Assembly (NCBI GenBank): GCA_021432655.1
Contig: MU271253.1
Coordinates: 62,001 to 120,084, forward strand
Source of the DNA: Atractiella rhizophila
Lineage: Eukaryota
Length of the DNA stretch: 58,084 nucleotides
Direction: 5' to 3'
Made by a program: the position numbers and the translations under genes. Within the stretch, counting starts at the first letter, position 1, and every line of letters begins with the position of its first letter. Positions 26,207-39,909 of the stretch are shown in pieces. Under the pieces are notes generated by a model. The model saw nothing but the letters and a program-made list of their open reading frames with translations, was not told the origin of the DNA and made no database searches.

Positions 26207-27823
26207 ATGAGCCCGCTTACAGGCATTGTTGGAAGTCTACCTTCGCGGTGCCGACACCACTCTCGAACGCGTTTCAGCATTATTAGGCGGCTTGCGCACA
26301 ACGATAGAGGTTCAGGAATTAGGAGTGAGCTAGATATGAAGGGAGTCAAGGTCCAGTTTGAGAAAGCATTTGTGGAAGCGTAAGTTTTTCAAGTAACGCG
26401 AAGCTGAGCTAAAGTCTTGCAGGAAAGAAAGCATGGGTAGAAAACGGCGTGGACGTCCCCCAGGACCACGTCCGTCCTTCTGCTAGTTTAGGAGTCTCTC
26501 TGATGCACCCAACTTCTAGGTACAATCGATCATCGTAATGAGCTACGATATAGAGCGTACCAGGCAAAGAACCATCACATTCGTGAAAGACCTGAAAAAA
26601 TGACATATAAAGGAAAGTGCATTCGGCCGCGAATCCCCAGACTTTTTCCTGAAAGATTTTTTTCAGATGTGGGATTGGCCAGGTTTCCGGCGCGCCAGGG
26701 TAAGAACAACTTGCGTCCTACACAAGTTATTTAACTGAACTAGGACATACACGCCGAGTACAAACATTAGTTGAAGGACGAGCGGGGAAAGGGGAGGAAT
26801 ATCCTCATGGATGCCACCTTTGCCCTTTCCGTTCGAAACATCTAGGGAATTTGAGAAAGTAAGATTCTTATCATCAATATTCAGGCAGTAACACCGTTTC
26901 AGGCACATACGAATCACTCATGATGATGCTGTTTCACATCTCTGCTCAGCTTGTGGTCGCGGTTTGTGTAGGTATTGTCTTACTCGGCTCTTTCGCATAT
27001 TAACTCTGGAGCAACCATCTAGCAACGAAGGTAAATGCGCGAAAACATCAAACCCAACGCTTTACACCACTGGAATGTCGTAATAGCCGCATTGTCATTG
27101 CTCCAAAATACCAAATAAAGGCGAATTGGATTTGTTCTGCATGCGAAGTATCATTCGGTACGTCAACTTTGCGTCGATATTGAGCTAAGTTGCATTCGTT
27201 TATAGAGCTGGAAGATGAGTATGAGCAACATCGAAGCGAGAGCACCTCCTCTGCTTGTAAGACCGGACGATCCTGTCACATTCCTTCTTTAAAGGAAAGG
27301 TTTGCCGTGTCCTCAAAACTTAAGGAGCAACTGAAGGAGTACCCGACTTGCCCCATATGCTTGACTCCTTTTCTGAACACAGTAACATTATACAGGTGAG
27401 GTGCAAAATTGCAAACTCCAATGGAGCAGCTCACGGATGTTCACCTAGGCATCAGCGCACGCACCATCAAGGAGAGCGTACAATATGCACAGGTTGCAAA
27501 CAACTGTATGGTATACGCTCCACCATGCCCTGCTGGATTTTCCTCATTGTCAGCGCGAAGCTAGGGACTATTACGTTCAGCGGCATCAGACGGAGACAGA
27601 TGAATGCAACGGTGCGCCGTGGTTCTACGTCCCTCCTCCTGGACCGACCAGCCAGATTCTCTGTCTTTGTTGTGGTAAAATATGCGGTACGCCCTTTGCT
27701 ATGTTCAAGCCGTTTCCGGCTCATCGAAGCTGGTAAACAGATACTGGAAAGATTTTCAATTCTCATAAAAAAGTCTCAAACGCGTGTTCAAATGCTGAAG
27801 GTTATCTCATTGCTAAGCCATAA
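26207..27823 (+). CDS. multi-zinc-finger (C2H2/C2HC) protein with presequence-like N-terminus, copy A
   Basis: Manual splicing gives MSPLTGIVGSLPSRCRHHSRTRFSIIRRLAHN...RKRRGRPP...CHLC-x12-HIRITH, CSAC..H..C, CSACEVSFELEDEYEQHRSESTSSAC, CPICLTPFLNTVTLYRHQRTHH, CTGC..HQTETDEC, CLCCGKICDTGKIFNSHKKVSNAC. Intron positions are shared with three paralogues. Confidence 0.75.
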
Positions 27824-28709
27824 TGGGAAGTGTACGTTTTTGATTCGCATCTGGAAAAACATTGTGACTAATAGAGGCTCACAGAACGGCGAGTTGTTGC
27901 CTGACTGGCACGCTGCCCAACCGTCTGCTGAGCTTGTGGACAAGATTGAAGCAAGCTCATCTGCATTTCTGAATGTATTATTGATGAGGCGTGTTCCTAT
28001 AGTTGTGGTTCTTGCAACGCAGAAATCGACAAAGTCAATTGCATTCCATTCTGAAATCTTCCCTATCGCCAATGCAATATTTCGATCCTTCCGCCGCGTG
28101 GATGTATAGCTTTTCCGATTATTGTCGTGATGCTGATTAGTGGATGTTACCTCCCTGATACCGATGAAGACGTCTACATGTGGGCCATGTGCACGCTCCT
28201 GGAAAACAGAATGAGGTTGAATTTGCACGCCAGACAACCCAAGTTGGAGTCTGGATGACCGAGCCTCAGTGGGTAGTAGGGGTATCGTCATTCATTCTCC
28301 AATTCCAGTAGTTTGTCGATGACCTGAGGCTCTGGAACGCTGAAGCAAAGTTCTTCCACAATCCTCACTGCTCCTACCACAGTACCATGGAAATTCCAGA
28401 ACGGGTTCCTTTTCAGTCTCAACCGCTCCTCTCCACTCTCCCAATCCTTCCACTTCTGGGTCCCCTCCGCGGATGTCCGCTCCGCAAATGAATCTAAGGG
28501 ACGAAGTGGCGAAAATGGGAGCGAACGATTTGTCATGAGCGAGGAGACTAGCAGGTGTGACGCTTGGAAAGGGAGGGGGACTAGGGGCGAAGGTCTTGTA
28601 GGAGAAGAGGGAGGAAAGGGGATAAAGAGGAGGCGGAGAGGGTGTGTGGGGAGGGAGGGTAGAGCGATAGGTGGGATGAAGACATTCTACATAACCATGA
28701 ATGAGCAAT

Positions 28710-29630
28710 CTAGTGTGTGAGTTTCATCAAGGTAGACTGTACCTGAAATCGCGAATCAATCTCCGGAGTCCAGCCTTCACCCTTCTCGACATCCCACTCC
28801 AAGAAGAGAATCTCAACATCACACCAATTATCTCCGATCATCTGGCCGCCACTCAAAAAGGCGCCAAAGGTCTGGATCCCTCCCAAAACTTTCGCTCCCC
28901 ATCCATCCAGTCCGAATTGCGTCCTCGCAACCTGTGCCCAATCCCGATGCACATTCTGCCAGCCGACGTAAGAAGCAATGAAGCGAGAAGTCAATGTTAT
29001 GCCACAGAGATGGGGAAACATGACTATCGACTCCTCCTTACCATCCACTCCTGCTCTTGGTTCTGATCGCATCTTCGAGTCCAAATTAATCTCATCCGCC
29101 TTCGAATCAGGCTTCACTTTCATCAAAGATGGATGGATACAAAGCGCGAGGAGAAGCTTCTTCAGTTTATCCGCTCCTAGATGGATGGGAATGACGAAAT
29201 CGAGGGTGATATGTCTCACATTCCTCCGCAGCCTCTTGCGCACGTCCTTCTTCTCTAAAACCTCCTCCAAGTTCTGCATACTGCTAAAGATGATTGCTCT
29301 ATTTAAATGTGGCAGGTATAATAAAGACGCCAGACGAAATGCCTTGCAGGTCTGACTGAATGCGAGCAGAGGGTTCCGCGATGGTTCAAAATAGGCCATT
29401 GGGGATCGATAAACGGGGAAGGTAGAGGGCGTTTCTGTGGAGCCACTGGAGCTGGGGAGAAAGGAAGCAATGAGCTCAAGGAGCTCCATAGGTAGGTCTT
29501 TGACGCCTGTTGACTCCTTGCCCAGAGGTCGCAATGGAGGTGTACTCGGGCTGGGTGTCGCGACGCCTTGACGGCTTTTGGGAACATAGGGTTTGTAAGT
29601 AAAACCAGCAGGATGATATGGCTGGGACAT
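28710..29630 (-). CDS. F-box domain protein; may continue in a further exon to ~28290
   Basis: 306-aa ORF with 'KDLPMELLELIASFL...LLAFSQTCKAFRLAS' F-box signature. Confidence 0.75.
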   Translation of the reverse strand: MSQPYHPAGFTYKPYVPKSRQGVATPSPSTPPLRPLGKESTGVKDLPMELLELIASFLPSSSGSTETPSTFPVYRSPMAYFEPSRNPLLAFSQTCKAFRLASLLYLPHLNRAIIFSSMQNLEEVLEKKDVRKRLRRNVRHITLDFVIPIHLGADKLKKLLLALCIHPSLMKVKPDSKADEINLDSKMRSEPRAGVDGKEESIVMFPHLCGITLTSRFIASYVGWQNVHRDWAQVARTQFGLDGWGAKVLGGIQTFGAFLSGGQMIGDNWCDVEILFLEWDVEKGEGWTPEIDSRFQVQSTLMKLTH

Positions 29631-30323
29631 CTATACCAACATAGAGGAATCAGAACCTGTCTGTTGATGATGTTCAACATTGCTGTAGTTTCATCAAATG
29701 CTCGACTTTGGCCAAATTTGAATGCTACCATATCACACAGGACTTTGCAACTCGGTCGAACTCAGGGATAACTGGAGAGCAGCAAGATTCAAGCTTGGAA
29801 TGTGCCTGGGTATCTCTCTCGAGGGAGGAAAAGATGACGGATAAAGCAGAGACTAAACCATTGCCAGATGCGAGATGACACACCTTGGAATCTCAATACT
29901 ACAACGCAAAGAGTCCCTTCTTGCTATTCCAACTCCACTGAACCTTTGGATCTTCCTGTAGAAGGGATATAGATAGACACAATCACAAGGTGTCAATATG
30001 AATATTGACGCCACTGTCACCATTGACCGACCCACACGTGACTTTCAAAGCTTTTGGTCCGCTTCCAAGGAAGCATTGTTACAGCTACCAGTCAAGTGCC
30101 AGCGACTCGTGTTATGTATTTTGGCGATGCTGCATGCCTCACCCTGACATTATATACCAGCATCATGGAAGGACCGTGATCTACGTACAGACCACGTACC
30201 TCATCGCGTACCTCGCGTACTGTTGAAGTTCAGAACCATTGAAGAAGAGCTTAGTCTTAGTCTGCTTCCTTTCCACAACGACCAACCACTCATTTGACTT
30301 GACCAGACGCCAAGGGGTTGACC

Positions 30324-33300
30324 ATGAAATCGAAAGGAAGAAGGTGGAGGCGACCAGTTCCAGGGGTGAGGGTGATTAGGGCAGGTCCATCTCGCAGAAG
30401 ATCTCCATTGCATTCGCACAATCAGGATACGGAGGTCGCGCAGACCTCTTCAACAGCAGGGATGGCTATCTTGGAAGAGACGTTCATATTTTTTTGAGCA
30501 CGGTTAGTTTTATAAGGCTGACGGTACTGTTGTAGTACGGAAAATCCAACAACTGTGGTCTCCTTCAACCAGGCGCGACTGACGGAATACTTCATTCACC
30601 AAAATGACTTGTCTACGTATCTTCGCAAGCTACCCAAAGCATTCGACCAGCGAACCGAAGCAGATGACGATGAGAATACCTTAGGAAATGAGCAGCGTGA
30701 GAACAAGGCAAACTCGAAGAAGCGACGTCGACGCTCCTCCGATTCAGATTCTTCAGAAGATGACTCTCCTCCTCAAACCAAGAAGAAACAGAAGCTTTCA
30801 AAGGACACATCTGCACCTGCCCCGTGTTTACCAATTCTAGAGCCCATTCCCTCCTACTTCATCTGCGTCCTCGAGCACGATTTTTACCTGACTGACCCCA
30901 CGTTCCAGTCAAGCCACACCATATCCCAAACGGACCTTATTACGCTTGATACGAACGGTCCGTGGATCGATGTTAAGGCGGATCGGCGGGTCGATGCTTG
31001 GATTAAGCAGATCCCAGTCCCGACTGATTGGAATGCACGGGCAGACAGTGGTACTGAGTTGGCGTGGAAACGCAGCAGCGAATATGGGGCGTATCTCTTA
31101 CGGTTTCGAGTTGACAGTGGCTCCACGACTAAACACTCTGAAGACTCGAACACTGAGAAGTCAAGGGTTTATGAATTTTTCCACAACACCCTAAAGCTTC
31201 CCAAAGATCTAGCTCGCTTCAAATTCGGAATGGAAGTAAAAGACAACGTTTTCAGCATCTCTGTGACGGTATACCTCAATCCCGCATACTGGACACCCTA
31301 TGTCCCTCCATCCATGACGAAAACAAACATCCTTCGATTCCTCTTCACACAGCGTCCCTTAACTGTGATAGAGGAAGAAGAGCTTTCGACTGTCAATTTC
31401 TACAAGCACCTGCGCGGTGGAAGACGCGTTCGCCTATCACCCCCTGCTCAATCGGTTAAAGGCAAGGAAAGGGCGATTGAACCTAACGAAGATCCTCCCA
31501 TACTCGAACCGCCTGGCCTGAATGCTAGACTAATGCCCTTCCAATCAAGAACACTAAGATGGATGAAAGCGCGAGAGGGGGAGGAAGAGAGAAAACAGGA
31601 CGCGGAGTTATGGTGGGAGGAAACACAGCCGAACTTCAACTTTGACTCGGCGCCTGAAGGGAAGGTATGGATCAACTGGATGAGAGGTGTTGTCGAGTGG
31701 GGGGAGAAGCCAACGTTGGAGCCGTCAAAGGGCGGGGCAGGGCTGCTGGCAGAGGAAATGGGGCTGGGAAAGTGCGTCGTTGTCGGTTTGAATTGACCTC
31801 AAGATTCATGCTAATACTCTCGCAGGACGGTCATCAGTCTTGGCTTAATACTTGAAAGTAAGTCAGTTTTACGACGTCAAAGCATCAGCGCGCATAAAGG
31901 AAATAGATCAAGAGCCAGATAGAAATGACCAGGAAACGTATTGGGATGATGAGCTCAAAGCCGACATTCAACCTTCTGGTCTCACCCTCATTGTCTGTGT
32001 AAGCATTGTCTTGCTTTTCTAAGTGTTGATTGAGGAGTGACTGCTTGCATAGCCTGGGACTATCGTTTCACAGTGGGAGAACGAAATTAGGAAGCATGCT
32101 GACGGGCTCCGAGTTTATCGATACGAGGTAACCTCTAACCCAAATTGTGCCGTTCATCTTGAATGTTGTGTTAGGGAGTAAACAAGCTCAAAAAGTATCG
32201 GGGCACCTGGGATGCTCAGGCATTTGCGAACGAGTACGCTTTAAGCTATCCTCTCACAGCGCCTAAAAACACACACACAGCTACGACATTGTCCTCACCA
32301 CATTCGATCTCTTGAGGAAGGAGTAAGTCCTTTGTTCCTTGTCTGAGCATGTCCTAATGTGCGGTCTTCGCAGAGTCGATGTGGCTCGTCCCCCAGTGGA
32401 TCGCAATACCCGAAGTAGACAATGCGATAATCCAAGATATGAGCGCTCCCTGTTCATTCGACTTGATTTTCTTCGCGTTATTCTAGATGAAGCACAACTC
32501 CTTCAAAATCCCATGTCCCATGTGTCAGAGACCGTCAGTTGTATCCGACGCAAACACAGCTGGGCTGTGACATCCACCCCCATCAAGACTGCTCTTGAAG
32601 ACCTTGCTTCGACTCTCAAGTTCCTGAGGATTGGGTCACAAACGAGTGGTGTTCATTGGCCAAACCTGATACGGCCCTGCTGTCGTCCAACTTGGGGGAG
32701 GTTGTGGGATCGAGTTGCTGTGAGAACCACAAAGGCGATGGTAGACAATGAAATGACGCTGCCAACTCAGAAAAGGTTCGTTATCATTACCGCGACTTGC
32801 GTTGAGTGTAACGATATGCAGATACCTATGTCCCATTCGATTCTCCAAGGTCGAGAGGTATACCTACGACGAGTTGTATTCCGAAGCTTTAATGAGTCTG
32901 GGGCTAAGCAAGGATGGAGTCCCGGCAGAAGAAGATTGGGTGCCTAATAGAGCTGGTAGATTTCATTTCCCACCCATGTTGACTGATAATAATACATTTC
33001 AAGCACTGGCGTACCACCTTTCTGCTTTGCGCAAAGTATGCTGTCACCCACAAGTAGTGGACCAAAACAATTTAGGATCAAGTGTCCTCAAGACGATCGA
33101 CGAGATCCTTCATTTTATGAGGCACCAGAACCTTGCGTCTGTCTTTCAAGAATCAAGAGCCTTAGGAGCTGCAGAATGCAAAAGAGCACATCTTGTCATG
33201 TTCGATGCTGAGAATTGTACGAGATTTGAAGAAGCCCTCGAAATTCTCAAAACTGTAATTGCTCGGTAGGTTGTGCTTCCTTTTCTGCATCTATCTGACG

Positions 33301-36300
33301 GCAAACAGGTTGGATCCTCTCTTGGACGAGATTAAGGCGGAACTCGGTCCTATTAGCGACGAATTGCAAACAGCGAGGGCTGAGAAGTATATTGCCACTT
33401 TCGTCGTAACATATACTGACTAGAACTTAGGGCAAGCATCGAAGAATCGGGATCGGAGCCCTCGGATGAAGGACCTGCACAAAATGCAAAAGCCGCAAAG
33501 GAGATGGGACTAGAAACTTTAGATGAAAAGGTCGAAAGGCTAACTCAACGTCATACAAGCATGAAGCAACATTCGAGGGAGCTGCTTCTAGTCTTACACA
33601 GTACACACTTCCTCTCCGGCAACTGCTATTTTAGCCTTGGAAAATTTCCTACAGAAGAGCGAGACTCCTATACAGATGCGGAAAGGATCAGAGCTACTGT
33701 AAGTTTCGATGTCCACCGCTTGCAATTGACTTATAAGTTCGCAGCTGCTGTCTGGTGAAAGGGTGGCGGCGGATCAAGCTGGTCAGAGGCTAAGAGTAGA
33801 TTTGCAACGGCGCGACATGTCCAAGGATTCGCTTAGGTTTCAATTGAGCCAAGTCAAAGGCGGCCTTCTTACCAATATGAATATAAAGGAGACCAATGGT
33901 GGGCCAAATTTTACTCTGTATTAGATCAATCATTTCAAGCTTATCCTGTGTACAGAAACGATCAAAGACCTAAATTCGATGGGCAAAGTGATATGGAAAT
34001 GGAGAGAGGAGATAATCAAACTTCTCCAGGTTCCTGTTAGCGCTGATGACGGCCAAGACGCCTCAGGAGATGAATATCAGAAAGGGTGCGCCATTGTCCA
34101 TATTCCGCTTCTGTTGCATGACCCGATTTTTTGCAGAATCGAGGTCCAAGAGCGCTGTGATGTCTATCTCTCCGCCTACTCCGAGCTATTGCTGGATTGG
34201 AGGGAGCTTATCACAGGAGAGAAGGTGCTCTCGAAAGGCAAAAGGCCCCGGTACAAGAAGAAGGTCGTACCAACACTCGAAAAGGGTTACCCTGCGGCAG
34301 AGGTGTTGGCGTATGAACTGAACGAAGAGGTCTGTGGTTCTGCAGCTTGCTGGCCGTCCCTTACTCCCAGAATAGTGCTGCAGTGTCAAGCCGGAAGAAT
34401 TCATAAACCTTCGAGACAACTACACGAAGCTCAACCACATTGCTAACGGTTTAAATCTAAAGAAAGACCATCCTGAACAATCCATCATTAAAGCCCAGAA
34501 GGTGTTCCTCAAAGAGCAGCGCGACGAGGGTCAGAAGGTTATAGCGAAGTTGTTGAACGAAGCCAATGTCGAGTTTAGAAGGGTTTTTAACACGCGTGCC
34601 GAATATTTCAAAGCACTCCAGTCGCTCAGCGACGACGTTTCTGATCCTGTCCTAACGCACCGGTCGAAGCCTCTGCTGACGCAGATTGCCGATGCGGCAA
34701 GGGAATCTGGTTTGTGCACGCACCTGTGAAACTGCCTCTTTATTAACAATAGGAACAGCCAGAGGTTGTGGGATCGAGTTGCTGTGAGAACCACAAAGGC
34801 GATGGTAGACAATGAAATGACGCTGCCAACTCAGAAAAGGTTCGTTATCATTATCGTGACTTGCGTTGAGTGTAACGATATGCAGATATCTATGTCCCAT
34901 TCGATTCTCCAAGGTCGAGAGGTATACCTACGACGAGTTGTATTCCGAAGCTTTAATGAGTCTGGGGCTAAGCAAGGATGGAGTCCCGGCAGAAGAAGAT
35001 TGGGTGCCTAATAGAGCTGGTAGATTTCATTTCACACCCATGTTGACTGATAATAATACATTTCAAGCACTGGCGTACCACCTTTCTGCTTTGCGCAAAG
35101 TATGCTGTCACCCACAAGTAGTCGACCAAAACAAGTTAGGATCAAGTGTCCTCAAGACGATCGACGAGATCCTTCATTTTATGAGGCACCAGAACCTTGC
35201 GTCTGTCTTTCAAGAATCAAGAGCCTTAGGAGCTGCAGAATGCAAAAGAGCACATCTTGTCATGTTCGATGCTGAGAATTGTACGAGATTTGAAGAAGCC
35301 CTCGAAATTCTCAAAACTGTAATTGCTCGGTAGGTTGTGCTTCCTTTTCTGCATCTATCTGACGGCAAACAGGTTGGATCCTCTCTTGGACGAGATTAAG
35401 GCAGAACTTGGTCCTATTAGCGACGAATTGCAAACAGCGAGGGCTGAGAAGTATATTGCCACTTTCGTCGTAACATATACTGACTAGAACTTAGGGCAAG
35501 CATCGAAGAATCGGGATCGGAGCCCTCGGATGAAGGACCTGCACAAAATGCAAAAGCCGCAAAGGAGATGGGACTAGAAACTTTAGATGAAAAGGTCGAA
35601 AGGCTAACTCAACGTCATACAAGCATGAAGCAACATTCGAGGGAGCTGCTTCTAGTCTTACACAGTACACACTTCCTCTCCGGCAACTGCTATTTTAGCC
35701 TTGGAAAATTTCCTACAGAAGAGCGAGACTCCTATACAGATGCGGAAAGGATCAGAGCTACTGTAAGTTTCGATGTCCACCGCTTGCAATTGACTTATAA
35801 GTTCGCAGCTGCTGTCTGGTGAAAGGATGGTGGCGGACCAAGCTGGTCAGAGGCTAAGAGTAGATTTGCAGCGGCGCGACATTTCCAAGGATTCGCTTAG
35901 GTTTCAATTGAGCCAAGTCAAAGGAGGCCTTCTTACCAATATGAATATAAAGGAGACCAATGGTCGGCCAAATTTTACTCTGTATTAGATCAATCATTTC
36001 AAGCTTATCCTGTGTACAGAAACGATCAAAGACCTAAATTCGATGGGCAAAGTGATATGGAAATGGAGAGAGGAGATAATCAAACTTCTCCAAGTTCCTG
36101 TTAGCGCTGATGACGGCCAAGACGCCTCAGGAGATGAATATCAGAAAGGGTGCGCCATGGTCCATATTCCGCTTCTGTTGCATGACCCGATTTTTGCAGA
36201 ATCGAGGTCCAAGAGCGCTGTGATGTTTATCTCTCCGCCTACTCCGAGCTATTGCTGGATTGGAGGGAGCTTATCACAGGAGAGAAAGTCCTCTCGAAAG

Positions 36301-38486
36301 GCAAAAGGCCCCGGTACAAGAAGAAGGTCGTACCAACACTCGAAAAGGGTTACCCTGCGGCAGAGGTGTTGGCGTATGAACTGAACGAAGAGGTCTGTGG
36401 TTCTGCAGCTTGCTAGCCGTCCCTTACTCCCAGAATAGTGCTGCAGTGTCAAGCCGGAAGAATTCATAAACCTTCGAGACAACTACACGAAGCTCAACCA
36501 CATTGCTAACGGTTTAAATCTAAAGAAAGACCATCCTGAACAATCCATCATTAAAGCGCAGAAGGTGTTCCTCAAAGAGCAGCGCGACGAGGGTCAAAAG
36601 GTTATAGCGAAGTTGTTGAACGAAGCCAATGTCGAGTTTAGAAGGGTTTTTAACACGCGTGCCGAATATTTCAAAGCACTCCAGTCGCTTAGCGACGACG
36701 TTTCTGATCCTGTCCTAACGCACCGGTCGAAGCCTCTGCTGACGCAGATTGCCGATGCGGCAAGGGAATCTGGTTTGTGCACGCACCTGTGAAACTGCCT
36801 CTTTATTAACAATAGGAACAGCCCTATCACAAGAGAAGCTGCAGGAAAAAGTGAGCTTTCAACCCCCAAATCGTCCAAAATCGTGCTCAACTTTGTTCAG
36901 CTTTCCAAGAAGAGATACCTTGACTTTCTTCAAAAACAAAGTAAGGAGGTTACACAGGATGAACGCCAATGTGTCATCTGCGCTGGAACTTTTAAGCACG
37001 GCGTTATTACTAGTGCGTACTGCAACTTACCGCCGGACTTCTCTTCTCACCTGTGCATCTTGCTTGTCAACAGATTGCGGACATCTCTGCTGTCTGAAAT
37101 GCTTCGAAAACTGGCGACTACGATCCCGCAGATGCAGCATCTGTCAGTCCGAACTCCCGCCGGGTTCCTGGCAAGAGGTGGATTTTGTCGAGAAAGGGGG
37201 ACTGGAACATGTTCCGGAGAAATGGACCAAAGGAAGCGCGTTTGAGGCTCCAAGCAGTCTAAACATGGTCGATCCAGCGTTGATGAAGTCAATCTCCCTG
37301 TTTGACTTCTCAAAGGGTCCAGAGGAGTTGCAACTCAATCCGTACGCTACATTCTGTGCTATACTCAGCTGCTGAGAAAGGTACACCTTAGGTTCGGTCG
37401 CCAGACTCAGCGACAAGTTCTTAGTTCCAAGCTTGACCTGTAAGCATAAACAGCGAGTTGTCGGGAGGATGTCCTGATTGGGGTAATAGAATTTCGAAGC
37501 ATATCAGGTACTTGCGGCAGCGGGATCCGACCTCTAAAGCAGTAGTGTTCTCGTGCTGGAAAGAGTCTCTTGATGTTCGTCTTTCTTCCTTCATAACATG
37601 ATCTGATTCTCATCATATTATTCGCCAGCTACTGTGGGTTTTTCCCTCTAAACTATGTTTGTGCCGCTCATGATCTTGGTGAAACAATCAAGAATGTCTT
37701 CCTTTAACCGGAATGGCATCCGTTTCGTCCGTCTAGAAGGTACTACAGCAGCACAGAAGCAAGCCGCTGTGACCAAGTTCGCAGAAGACGACTCGATTGC
37801 AGTTTTCGTCCTTCATACGCGGAGCCAGAGCGCCGGTCTTACCTTGACGTGTGCCAATTACCTCTTTCTGTTGGAACCACTGCTGCATCCTTCATTTGAA
37901 CTGTAAGTCAGCTTGTTCCTCTTTCTCCATTTAGCTCGGGAGGCCGTGGAGCAAGCTGACAGAATGAATGCAGGCAAGCTTGCGCAAGGATACATAGGAT
38001 TGGCCAGACAAGGCAGACGACCGTGTTTCAGTACTTCGTTGAGGGAACTGTTGAAGGTATGACCTTGTCTTTTTCTTCTGGGACGTTCCATATAAAGATG
38101 TGTCTGAACTAGAACGCATCGTTCACCACGCTGCTAGAGCAAGGACTTCGCTCTTTCTCACTTCCGAGGCCGCTCCGCCTGCTGAAAAAGAGAGCGAGGA
38201 CGCATACGCTCCCACATCTCCTTCTCGGAGGACGAAGAAGGTTGTCGAAGAAGGTGATGAGATGAGCTCGTTGGAGCAATTGCAAGAGTGCCTCTTTGAC
38301 AAGAACGTCTTTTTGGGCCTTCAAAGATTTTTGCTCGGTGAGGAGGCGAATATCGTTGGGGGCATTAGTGCAGACGATGACAGCACGATGGTCGAGGCTG
38401 AAGGCGTCGATGCTGATGCTGGATCGGGCATGATGGTCGATGAGAGCAGCGACGATGAACTGAACAGGCTCGAATTAGAGATGTGA
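30324..38486 (+). CDS. SHPRH/IRC20-like SNF2 helicase-RING E3 ligase, interrupted by an internal tandem duplication
   Basis: LMPFQ, LLAEEMGLGK (Walker A), VILDEAQ, WAVTSTPI, LRKVCCHPQV, RING CVIC..CGHLCCLKC..CSIC, and HELICc GLTLTCANYLFLLEPLL..RIHRIGQ. The long SHPRH-type helical insert lies between the lobes. Confidence 0.85.
32698..36823 (+). repeat. direct tandem duplication, units 32698-34760 and 34762-36823 (~2.06 kb, ~99% identical)
   Basis: The sequence gaggttgtgggatcgagttgc...aataggaacagcc occurs twice at an offset of 2064. The ORF track shows duplicated ORFs. About 25 differences were seen by eye. Confidence 0.97.
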
Positions 38487-38753
38487 GCTCTTGGACGGGA
38501 GGACTTTCGCTTGATCAAATGCTTCTGAGTTATTAGACATTAGACTGTGTACTTGTCTTCTACCCGGAATGCAATTGGCTGTACATAATCCAGTTGCGAT
38601 CACAAGTCACATTTCAATAACTTGTTGCTGTGGTGCTCACTTCTTCGGCTCCCCCATCGGCTCCCCGCCGTTCCCTGCAAAGCCGTTAACCAGGACGAGC
38701 ATCAGCAACCAATATACGGTCGCGATTCAATTAGCCCAGTGTCCTATTCGCTA

Positions 38754-39573
38754 ATGGCGTCCTCCTCTTCACTTCCCATCCCTTTTTCATCTCCCATGGA
38801 GGTTCCCGATACGCCATCCACGCGTCTCGCGAACAAAGAGAGGTTTGAAACCGAACTCGAGGTTCGCAACTTTTCATACAGGCTTCACCAGAGAAACTGC
38901 GACAGAGATTGGACTCTGAGGCTAACACTTGCTTATGGGACAGTTCGTACAATGTCTTGCGAATCCAAACTATCTCGAATGTACCGTCGCTCCTTCCTTC
39001 TTCGTCTCCCTTTCCCTTCGACGCGCACAAGCGAGCTCATGAATGTAACGGACAGAAGCTCTCGCTCTAAAAGGATATTTCGACAACCCATCCTTCCTCT
39101 CGTTCGTTCCCCAGCCTTTCTCCCACCCAACACTCGCACTATCCCAGCTAACAACCGGCCAGATATCTGGACTACCTCCTCTACTGGACGACTCCAGATT
39201 TCAGCCAATACATCCAGTAATTCCTTCTCACCTCTCTTATTTCAATGCAAAATCGATATTGATCACCATCTCTCAATGTGTGTAAAGGTACCCGCTCTGT
39301 CTCCCCCTCCTCCGCCTCATCGCCCCCAAAACGACTCCAAACCCAGCATTCCGCCAAGCGTTAAAAGACCAAGAACGGGTCAGGTGCGTCCAACGACCAT
39401 CATCCTTCTCTACAGTCCCACAAATTGGAATGATGATTGGATTGGATGTGGGGTATAGGGAGCTGAGGGATAGGATATGGGCGGGGTGGGGAGCGGGAGG
39501 GGAGGTGGTGCATGTGCCTGCTGTATCCGCTGAGGATGGCGCGGCTGGGCCTGGAGGAGGAGAGAGGCAGTAA
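38754..39573 (+). CDS. MED31: Mediator subunit 31 (Soh1)
   Basis: Spliced 'RFETELEFVQCLANPNYL...GYFDNPSFL..YLDYLLYWTTPDFSQYIQYP'. Confidence 0.92.
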
Positions 39574-39909
39574 GAAGGTGGGGAAGATGGTACGTCATAT
39601 GTATTCTGAAGCTACGACTCATTCTTTCGTTCTCTTGAACCCCTCAGCTCAGCCAAACACTGCGCAGCCATCTGCAAGGATATACTACACACATCTCATC
39701 TCATTATAGAACGTGTACGGCTAATGCGAATGCTCAACTACAAAAGATTCAAAAGATTCAAAGAAGGAAAGAAAGAACGAGTCCATCTACACTAATAATA
39801 CAAGCATCCCAATGCCAACCTCCAATCCCCTCCTCCAATCCATCAACTCCAATCCATCAAAGCAAACCATCCAGACAAGATCCGAGAATGCAAACGCCAG
39901 TGCATCGCA

